Source: Antechinus flavipes
Lineage: Eukaryota
NCBI RefSeq assembly: GCF_016432865.1
Contig: NC_067401.1
Location: 27,776,001 to 27,840,000 of the forward strand
Direction: 5' to 3'
DNA: 64,000 nucleotides
The notes under the pieces are model-generated. The model saw only the letters and a program-made list of their open reading frames with translations, had not been told where the DNA came from and searched no databases. A program made the translations under genes and the position numbers. Below, piece after piece: positions 26,001-36,300 of the stretch. Numbering within the stretch: position 1 is the first letter of the stretch; the number at the start of each line of letters is the position of its first letter.

Positions 26001-29000
26001 CCCAGAAGATAAGTTCTGGTCAATCCCAGGGAAGAGACCTGGAGAAGACAGCGCATCTCCCCACCAAGATGTAAGATAAGCCGTCCATTGCCGATGTCCT
26101 CTCAGAACTCCCTGAGAAATGGTCCCCCCGCCTTGCATAGTCGGCTCCCCTCTGAACCCAGAAGCAGACCCCTCCCGAGGCGTCTGGCGTGGTCACAAGT
26201 CAGGAATCCCTGCCTCGGACAGCCCTGTGTGTCAGTGGCGATTTGGCCGCCAATCAGGGCCATGGGCAGTTCCCTAGGACACTAGCAGAGGCCTTCACTC
26301 GCCCTCCCCGGCCTCTTATCCCCCTCCCCAGGTTCTCTCCTGGGCCCCTACTCTTCCCCTGGTGACCGCCCCAGAGTCACTGTGAGCGGGTGGAGACGAT
26401 GCTCGGTGCCAGCTCCTCCCGTACACAGGCACTCAGGCTACACAGGAACTCGTTCCCACCCCCAAACCCTCCAAAGTTCTGTCGCTTGGGACCAAGGGGG
26501 TGGGGCGCTCTCTCAAGGCCCCTCCCCTCTGCCCAGGACAGACCTCTGAGCAGGAGTAATGAAGGCTCCTGGGGAAAGCCAGAGGCACAGAAAGGTGAAG
26601 AGCACCTTGATGACCCTCCTTCCTTACAAGTGCATGCTTTTATGATTATAATCAGGACCCGATGCTTCCTTTACTCCATGTACTACTGGGTACTGGGCCT
26701 GGAGCAGAGGCCTTTGGGGGAGCATTCACAGACAGAAGGAGTCATCCCTCACTGTGGGAAGCAGCATGCTGGTCAGCCAGGGGCCATCCAAAGGTGCGCC
26801 CTGCTACCTGGGGAGTCCCTGGAAACCCCTCCCTGCCCCCAAACCCAAAGATTTTACTGCAGAGCCTGGATGCAAAGCAGTGGGGGCTCCCACTGGGGGA
26901 TGGACAGCACTAAATGGCTGCTAAGGCCGGACAACTCTGAGTCTGTGAAATGCCTCAAGCCATTACCCCTCCACGCTGCCCAGCTTCAAGGAAGGCGGGT
27001 GGGGAAGCTGGCCTCCTTCTCGACCCTAAAGTCCGGATCTCTCCACAGTGTCCGTGGCTGTGCCCCAGACCTGGCAGGTCTTCCTATTCACCTGTTCCTT
27101 TAAGGCTCAGTGTGGGTGCCATCTTTCCTCTCTGAAGCTCTCCTGATTCCCCCTGGCTGCTAGAGTCCTTGTGTCAGACATTACACTTGCTGACTGACTA
27201 CAGAGGGGGTAGCGAGGGGGAGAGAAAAGAGCTGGAGCAGGAAAAGGGCTTAGGAAGGTCTGGGGGCACAGTACAGGTAACGTACAGGTGTGCTGCCCAA
27301 AGTATTATGGAGGGTTCCCCCTTACAGCCAATCTCCAACCCTTTTCTCTCTTTCCCCACCTCCTCCTGAGCTGGGGGCAGGGACACTGATCCAGGTGGAT
27401 ATGATCTGTCATGATCCTTACCAGGAAGTCATTGCCGAGTCGGTAGTCACCGATGCCGTAATTGTAGGTCAGCTCCGCAACAAAGTGACTATCTTCAGGC
27501 CCATAGCCCACCATGGTTTTACTCCACTTCCCATCATAAGGCCTGGAAGCAAAGCCAAAGAACAGTGACAACAGGAAAATCTTCCTCCAGCCTCCAGGAA
27601 GCCAGTAGCTATGGCACAGAAAGGGCTCCTGGGAAGGCCCAGATGTGAGCCCTATGGATCCAAGAAAAGCACCTGACTTTTTTTTTTTTTTTATATTTTA
27701 TTTAACAATAACTTTATATTGACAGAATCCATGCCAGGGTAATTTTTTTTACAACATTATCCCTTGCACTCGTTTCTGTTCTGATTTTTCCCCTCCCTCC
27801 CCTAGATGGCAAGCAGTCCTTTATATGTTGGATATGTTGCAGTATATCCTAGATACAATATATGTTTTTAGAACCGAACAGTTCTCTTGTTGCACAGGGA
27901 GAATTGGATTCAGAAGGTAAAAATAACCCGGAAGAAAAACAAAAATGCAAATAGTTCACATTCGTTTCCCAGTGTTCCTTCTTTGGGTGTAGCTGCTTTT
28001 GTCCATCATTTATCAATTGAAACTCAGGTCTCTTTGTCAAAGAAATCCACTTCCATCAGAATGCATCCTCATACAATATCGTTGTCGAAGTGTATAATGA
28101 TCTCCTGGTTCTGCTCATTTCACTTAGCATCAGTTCATGTAAGTCTCTCCAAGCCTCTCTGTATTCACCCTGCTGGTCATTTCTTACAGAACAATAATAT
28201 CCCATAACATTCACACACCACAATTTATCCAGCCATTCTCCAATTGATGGGCATCCATTCATTTTCCAGTTTTTAGCCACTACAAACAGGGCTGCTACAA
28301 ACATTTTGGCACATACAGGTCCCTTTCCCTTCTTTAGTATTTCTTTGGGATATAAGCCCAATAGAAACACTGCTGGATCAAAGGGTATGCACAATTTGAT
28401 AACTTTTTGGGCATAATTCCAGATTGCTCTCCAGAATGGTTGGATTCGTTCACAATTCCACCAACAATGCATCAGTGTCCCAGTTTTCCCGGATCCCCTC
28501 CAACATTCATTATTTTTTCCTGTCATCTTAGCCAATCTGACAAGTGTGTAGTGGTATCTCAGAGTTGTCTTAATTTGCATTTCTCTGATCAATAATGATT
28601 TGTAATACTCTTTCATATGAGTGGTAATAGTTTCAATTTCATCATCTGAAAATTGTCTGTTCATATCCTTTGACCATTTATCAATTGGAGAATGGCTTGA
28701 TTTCTTATAAATTTGAGTCAGTTCTCTATATATTTTGGAAATGAGGCCTTTATCAGAACCTTTAACTGTGAAGATGTTTTCCCAGTTTGTTGCTTCCCTT
28801 CTAATCTTGTTTGCATTAGTTTTGTTTGTACAAAGGAAAAGCACCTGATTTTAAAAGTGCTGGATTTCTAACATGGTTAAGTAAGCCTCCAGCACCACTT
28901 GAAGATTTTGCCTTTTAAAGCTGTGGCCACTGGGACAGAAATTTCAAAATTTAGCATTTTGAGCCATTGGCTCGTTACCCAGCTCCAAAAGATGCTCAGT

Positions 29001-29459
29001 GGTCAGCGCTGGGTCTACCAAGGGCTTACTTGTACATTTCCATAAAAACTGGTCACTTTGAGGAGTGTTTTCTACTTATTCATTCAAGTGACAACTTTGC
29101 AAAGATGGAGAAATGGAGGCCCACAGTGACCTAAGGAATATGTAGCAGAGCCGGGTCTGACAAGCTCAAGGTCCTTTGCCCTCAAATACAGGGATCTTTC
29201 TACATCTTCATGACTCACCCTAAAAGTCATGTTCCACACTCTTTGGTCCCGCCCTGTTCCTTACTACAACAGTCCAAGCCTATGGACTGGCTGCTTCCTG
29301 GTCCAGAATGTCCGCCTTCTTTTACTGGCTCAGACTCCCTGCTTTCCCTCAAGGCTTATGGGAGGGGACAGAGGACAGTATCCCCTTAACAAGCCCTCAG
29401 TGGCTAGTGCCGTCCCCAACTCTTCTTGTATCTGTTTTGCGCGCGCGCACACACACGCG

Positions 29460-29492
<33 letters not shown>

Positions 29493-32400
29493 CCTGACCA
29501 GACTGTGAGGGCCAGGATGGCTTCCCTGCAGAGAACACAGCACACACCGAGTGCTTGCTTACTGCCTGAATGCAACGCCAAATTCCCGTCACAGCTCAGC
29601 TCAAACAGCAGCGTGGATCAACAGGGACAGAAACAAAAACCATCTGAGGGCATCAGAAGAAGCAAGACTTCAATGGACTTCAAATGCTTAGTGTCTGACC
29701 CTTACATTTGATCCTGAGGTGACAGAACAGGGGTTCCTAACTTCTGTCCCTAAAAATTTTGATAACTTTTAATAAAACTGATTTCTTTTGTAACCCCATA
29801 TATTTTATTTCATGCATTTAAAGCCAGGATGAGGAAAAGGGTCTCTAGGCTTCATCAGGCTGCTGCCACAGGGGTCTAGGTCACAAAGTGAAGAATCCTT
29901 GACATAAGAAACTACTAAAAACTTCTGAACAGGAAGTGACATTATTGGGTGTGGAGTGAATGCTGCATACAGCGTTAGACTTGGTTGGTGTGCGGCTCTC
30001 CGAGAAGGGGGAGGGACACACTGGGAAATACAAACACATAGAAAAGTGACCTACCCATTACAGGAAGCCTTGCAGCCTTCCTCGAATTCCTCGTGCCGCA
30101 GGATCTGTAAGGAAGTGAGTGTCAGCTGCCCTGCTGTGTGGCCAAAGGTCCGCCCGGACCACCGTCACCGGAGGACTCCACTGCTTCTATCTCAGTCCCA
30201 AAGCAGCGTCCCCTCTGGCTGAACTCTTCTGCTTGGATAGTGGCCCAAGGGCAGGGGGGATAACGAGGATTCAAGGCCACCAGAGTGGGGAGGGGAAAAG
30301 TGGGTGGCATCCTTCTTTGGATAACTGCTCACTTGTGGGCACATACATGCCCTGTGCAGGAGACGGGGTAGCCATTCTTTCAATCTTGCCATCAGGAGGT
30401 AGATGGGAAGGGCACTGGCCCGCAAAGAAGGCGAGAACAGTCTGGGTGGGGCTGGGGCTCCAGCAGGGCTCTGCACAAGGGCTGAGAACCAGACTGGGGG
30501 CCAGTTAGTGCACAAACAGGCATGATACCAGTTAGCGTGAGGACAGGGAGCAAAGAGAGCTTGGGGGAAGGGCATTCCCTCTGGCTGCATTAGGGGACAC
30601 CTTGGGGGCAGGGCCAGCCTGGGACAGGGAGGCGGCACAGACTGCACGGAGACTAAGAACAAGGAATGAGGCTCGGAGACGGGCCTTCGTTCCCTGTCCT
30701 CTGATGGCCTCATGTGGCAGAAGGCGACTCTGCATCCCTGAAGCCGGCGGGAGGGGTCCTGCTCAGGGAGTGGGCCGGCCCTGCGGGCAGCACCAGGGAA
30801 GCGCCAAGATCCTATCACAGCCTGGCCCGAGACAACAGCCCTTGGGGGCCCACAGCATGGGGAGGGCCTCCAAGGGGAAGAGCCGCTGACGGCTTCCCAG
30901 TGCTCCTCATCCCAAGCTAAGGAGATCACTTGGCTCTGGGGACTCGCTGAGGGGAGGGGGGAGGCAGGGGCCCATGAGGAAGCTGAGAATCCCGGGGAAG
31001 AGGACTTGGGCCTTTTGGGTCCTACAGTGACCTTGGGGGTGGGGGACACAGGGGAGAGAACAAGACTGAGGTTTGGAGCCAGGATGACAGACCCAGAGCT
31101 AGGGGGAGGGGAAGCTTCGGGAGGAGGTCGCCCATTTTGGACAGGGGGGAGTTTTCTCTGGTCCAATTGTGCCTGACTTTCACCACCTGTTTCGGGCACA
31201 CTCCCTGGCCTCTGATCCAGGCGGGGTGCCTGCCAGGCAGAGGGAGACCCAGTGTCCTGTGAGTGACCCTCCCCAGTCCCTTGTTTTGGCCTAGCCGTGG
31301 TAAGCTGGGTCCAGGCCCCGCCCCAGACTCTGTTATCCCGATGCACGGCCGGCTTGGTTTCCCATTTTCCCAGACAGAATCCCAAAGGCGGCCCGGACGT
31401 CTCCCCCCGGAAGTCCCCCATTTCCCTGGGCCTGTTTCAGAGGGAACTCCCACTCCTGCGGCAGCGCGCACTAGGCGTGGAGGTGAGGTCACAGGGACAG
31501 CGTGGGGGAACAAGGAAACAGCAGGACACACAATTACTTGTCTGGAGCCAGAGTTTGCTCACCTCCAGGCCACAGCACAAAGCCGGGCTGTCCTCCTCTG
31601 CCCCGGGCTGAGGAGTTGGAGCTTGTTCTCACCAAGGTCAGACCCTCCTCCTCCTCCTCTCCAGGCTCTCCCCATCCACAGCAGACCGGAGGCAGGGCCT
31701 CCCCTACTCCATGCTGAGAAAACCTTTACCCGATCCTACCATTACCAGCCAATAGCTCCTCCCCTTCCCTATTAAGCTGTTTCGGAGTCCGCGTGCCCAA
31801 TCGTCCCTTCACAGCGTTCAGACCCGCCGCCCCGATGGTTCTCCCAAAGGAGGTCACCTAAACTCCTGAATTCCAGGGCTTTCTCAACTTCCCCCGACTC
31901 CCAGGACCTGCGCCTCTGCCTCTCCTCTGTCATCTCCCTTTCTGGACTGTCCGTGGGGATGTTCCCCCATCTCTGGGCCCTCTTCTTCCCTCGAGTCCGT
32001 GATCACCTCCCTGTAGATGACTCCCAGGAGCCTGCAGGGGGTCTAGCTTCCTGAATCATCTGTCCTAGATGGAGGCCCTTCGCCCCAAAGCCCCTCCACC
32101 CAAGTCACCCAGGGTCATGACCTCCGAACATGGTTCTCCAAGGGTCAGAAAGGGCAAAGGGCGGCTTCCAGCCCCACAGACGCTCCCCAGCTTCCGGTAA
32201 AGCAGCCCGCCACGTTCCGCCCGCACTCCCTCAGTCGCGGGTTTGTCACTTCTCCCCCACAGCTCTGGGCTCCGTCCCCAGTTGAGGCCCGTTTCACTAC
32301 AGCCTTCCTCTGTACCAAAAGGACAGACCTGCTCCTGACCCCAGGACACAGCCCACAGCCCAGCGCCTTGGAGCCCTACAATCTGGCCGGAATCCCCCCT

Positions 32401-33269
32401 TCCGGACGCAGCCCCCAAGGGCGGCTGCCCCGCCATTTACTCAGTCTTTCGGTGCCTGGAACGCTCCCAAGTGCAAACCTCCCAAACCTTCCAGGACTTT
32501 AGCGATCGCTAATATTGTTCTCTAACCACTAGCTTCTCGCATGTTAGCGACGGCAGCGGTTAGCACCGACAGAGCTCGGCGAGAGCTGCAAAATGCGACC
32601 CCATTTTGTTCTTTTTTCGAGGTCAGGAGACGTGACTAAGGTCACACAGTCAAAACCTGGGACAGGGGCCTCAAAGCGCCCTAAGTGCGGGACTTTATGC
32701 CCGGGCAAACCACGTGGGTGCTGAGGGTCTCAGCTTCACGGTCTGTAAAAGGGGTGGGGCAGGATTTGTTCTGTTGCTCCAGATCTGCGCCCCCTCCTCT
32801 GGGGGCCTCGAAGGGCAAAGATGACAGCGACCTCGGCCACGCCCCTCCTCACGATGCCCAGCGAGCCTGGGGGCGACTCCCGCCTGCGCCCGGCCCCACC
32901 TTCTGACCCCGCCTAATCCGCTTCTCTAACCGGTTCTCAGTTTCCTCTTCTGTAAGATATGGGGTCCCTAGCAGAGGTTGGGTTAGAGGTCACTAATTTT
33001 CCCCGAGCCTCAGTTTCCCTATCTGCAAAATGAGGGGGTTGAGGCCTCGGGGGTCCCTCCCAGGGCCCGAGGGACCCGAGGGCGGGTCTGACCGCTTACT
33101 AGTTGCCCTGCAGGCCTCACGGGCGCGCTCGAGGACCGACACTAGAGGTGGGATGAGGGGGCCTCCCCCGCCCCGTCACCTTCATTCCCAGCAGGTCCCG
33201 GTAGAAGCGTGTAGTCTGGAAGCGGTTGCCCACTTTGAAAACGAAATGCAGCGCGCGGCGCGAGCCCAT
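23027..33269 (-). CDS. GLOD4: Glyoxalase domain-containing 4, 298 aa; exons 33269-33180, 30104-30055, 27542-27422, 25854-25710, 25068-24932, 24852-24766, 24401-24288, 24209-24123, 23092-23027
   Basis: Nine exons (90, 50, 121, 145, 137, 87, 114, 87, 66 nt; total 897), all with GT/AG and in frame: [17 protein letters not shown]...[43 protein letters not shown]...[15 protein letters not shown]...KASG*. Confidence 0.97.
27678..28835 (-). mobile_element. young 5'-truncated L1 insertion (ORF2 C-terminus, 3'UTR, polyA) in GLOD4 intron 2
   Basis: Open ORF2 frame 28056 to the 5' truncation point (28835), with KTTLRYH...[18 protein letters not shown]; T15 tail at 27678-27692; TSD core GAAAAGCACCTGA at 27664-27676 and 28836-28848; TT/AAAA endonuclease site at the 5' flank. 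Confidence 0.93.
29439..29492. repeat. mixed (GC)n/(CA)n alternating purine-pyrimidine tract
   Basis: gcgcgcgcgcacacacacgcgcacacacacgcgcgcacacac... Confidence 0.9.
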
Positions 33270-33290
33270 CACCACGGCCGCCTCCGCCAT

Positions 33291-33390
33291 CCCAGGGACT
33301 TCTTCTGGAGCAGTGGGCGTGCCTCCTTCCGGCGCGCGCTGATGACGGAGACGTCACCAACGCCGGCGCGTCCGTGACGTCAGCGCAAAG
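33291..33390. promoter_or_regulatory. compact bidirectional GLOD4/MRM3 promoter in a CpG island
   Basis: Divergent ATGs about 100-120 bp apart; perfect CRE TGACGTCA at 33375-33382, near-CRE GACGTCA at 33350-33356, ETS-like CTTCCGG near 33325, YY1-type AAGATGGCGG over the MRM3 ATG. Confidence 0.85.
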
Positions 33391-36300
33391 ATGGCGGCCC
33401 TCGGGCTATCCCGTGGTTGGGGGTACCGAGCGCTGCTGCTCGCTGCGGGGCCGGTCTGGGGCGGGGGTACGCGGCGCGGGGTACGGGCCCTGAGGCGGAG
33501 GCCTGTGAGGGTGCTGAGCCCCGGCCAGGGACCGGCGGGGACGGTGGCGAAGCCGGAGCCGGAGCAGCGAAGGAGGGAGAGCCCAGGCTCGGGCCGGGAG
33601 CTGAAGCCGGAGCCGGAGCAGCGAAGGAGGGAGAGCCCAGGCTCGGGCCGGGAGCTGAAGCCGGAGCCGGAGCGGCGGAAGAGGGAGAGCCCAGGCTCGG
33701 GCCGGGAGCTGAAGCCGGAGCCGCGGGCAAGCTCCGGAGCGTGGGAGGAGTTGGGGCTGCACTACGAGCGGGCCCTTCCGGGGGACGGGAGGCTGAGGTG
33801 AGCCCCCTGCCCTCTTCTCTTCTTCCTCCTTCTCCCCTCCAGCCTTTCACCTGCTCTCTTCCGCATCCCCTTGGGGACTCCTCCTCCCCCTGTGACGCTC
33901 CCCTTCTTGCCGTGTCCCCTCTGCCCTCCCGGCCACGCTGTCCCTTCCCTGAGGCCCCAGTGCCCCTCTCCTCACCCAGTGCCGGGCCCTTGGCCGCCTC
34001 CAGCCCGCTCCCCTCCGATGCCCTCAGCCCGGCCCTGGAGGCAGTGACCAGAGATGAAGCCCCACCTCGAGCCTTCCCTCCCCTGCCCTCCCCCCTTCCC
34101 CCGCCTCCCCTTCCCTCCCCCCTTCCCCCGCCTCCCCTTCCCTCCCCCGCCTCCGGCATCTTGGGCTCCTCGTCTGTTGATTGTTCCCCTCCCCTGGAAT
34201 ATCACCCCACCGCGCCCCCTTCCAGCGCAGCTCTGGGCTCCGCTAATTCTGCTCCTACAGAGGCAGCGAATGCCCTTGTTGGGCCCTCGTCCGTCCTGTC
34301 GGACTCTGGGGCAGACGCGGGTGGGGCGGCCATTCCTTCGGCTCATTATACAGATGGGGACACGGAGGCAGGGTGACGGGACATGCCCAGGGTCACCGCT
34401 GGAAGCGCCTGGGGCTGGAGCGGGACTCCGGGCTTCCGGACTCCCGGCCGGGTGCTCCTGCCCTTGGTCTGCCAGCAGCGAGACCGCCCTGCTTTCAGAA
34501 AGCACCGACACCAGGCTGTCACCACGTGAAACGGCTCTCCTCTCACCAGGCCTGATTTTACTGCCGTTCAGTTCCCTTTAACGGAGTCCGCTTTACAAGT
34601 TTTTCATCAAAACACTGGAGAAAGCCGCGTATGAAACTACCCTCCCCCTCAAAGTGCAAACACTTAGAGGCTCCATGTGTAACTTTAGCAGAAGGAAGCG
34701 TTACCTTGCAGTGGGATGCTTTGGTGGGAGTAACGTGTGAGCTTCCGACGGGAGTGCAGGGAATCCTGCAGAGTAGGGAGAACTGCGGGGTGTTTTATAA
34801 TTCCTGAACCTCCATTTTAAAAATCTGGACCGGGACCATCTGAGTGGGAAAAGAGCCTTTGGGGCCACCAGGTGGCGCGGTGGGCAGAGAACCAGCCCTG
34901 AAGTCAGGGGCACCCGAGTTCAAATGTGGCCTCAGACACTTAACACTTCCTGGCTGTGTGACCCTGGGCAAGTCACTGAACCCCGACTGCCTCAGCAAAA
35001 AAAGGATCCTTTCAATCATAAAAGCTCAGGAGATAATAGATTCAGAGACTGAGGGGATTCTTGCATCCCACTGGGAATGGCAGAGCTGGGATGGGAAGCC
35101 AGGTCCTCTCACGCCAAACCCGGCTCCAGAAGGGTGGATTGCAACGACTTCCACCATGTCTGGCCTCTTCTGTGGCCTCTGCCCTCCAGCCTCACCCCAC
35201 GCTCCCAGGGAGCCCAGGACTCACGGGGACGGTTCTTTGTCCGTGTCTTTCTTCTCGTCCATAGCAAGGTGATGACGATCGTCAAGTCTCGGACCTTCCG
35301 AGAAAAGAAGGGCAAGATCTTGCTGGAGGGCCGGAGGCTGATTGCCGATGCCCTCAGAGCCGGCGCCGTGCCCCAGACGGTCTTCTTCAGTCGGCTGGAA
35401 TACGTGAAGGAGCTTCCCGTGGACAAGCTAAAAGGGGTCAAACTCATCAAGGTGAAGTTTGATGAAATCAAGGAATGGTCTGACCTCGTAACTCCACAAG
35501 GAATAATGGGTCAGTGGCTTTGTGTGAATGTCCGTCTCAGCCTCAGGAACCGTAATAAAGCAGCACAATCAGGGCGGGAACCCAGGCCCAGAAAACGGGT
35601 CAGCTGGGGGGTGACAGGCAGGATCTGAACTCAGTTCCAAGTGATTCTTGCTTCCAAGTCACCTCTACCTGCCATATCATGCTGCCTTTCATCTTGTCCC
35701 TTAGTAGTTATTCACCAAAAGTCCTGTGACCTGATAAGGAACTGGTTCTGAGAATAGCATGTCCGTGAAAGAATTTATCTTCTTCTGCTCAAGCACCAAA
35801 TAAGCTCTTTCCAATTCCTGCCCACATAGGTGCATAGAAACTAGGTTTTCAGGAGGAGGGGATAAGGTAGAACTTTTAAGAAAAGGTAAAAAGATTTTCA
35901 AACTCTGGCTACTTAGGATTTGCATGGTCCTAGGCCCCTCAGGCTTGTTTATCTCTCTTTGGTCTGAGAACACTGAGCTAGGCTGGGGGCAAAATCCCCA
36001 GAGAATACCAGGCCAGAGCACCCACATGGCCCCCCAAGGTGAGCTCTGATCTGCAGGCGATTTCCCTTCAAGGAGCTTTGCAGGCAGTCTCCTGAGGCAC
36101 CTCTAGGGGGCAGGACCTTGAAGTCTTCAGTAAGGAGGTATTTGAATAAGGGAGCATCACGTGGATATTAGAAATCAGACAGCTTTATGTAGTGGGAGTC
36201 TGCTCACCATTGCACCTGCTCCAATGCCAAAGGGCAAAGCTGGGGGAGCTCCTGGTGTTCTGCCATCGGCGTGCCGGCTGGTAGGGGACGTCTCGGGCAG

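Noticed and set aside
26643-26654. 12-bp palindrome TGATTATAATCA
   Set aside because: AT-rich palindromes of this length are plausible by chance in 64 kb; no supporting context.
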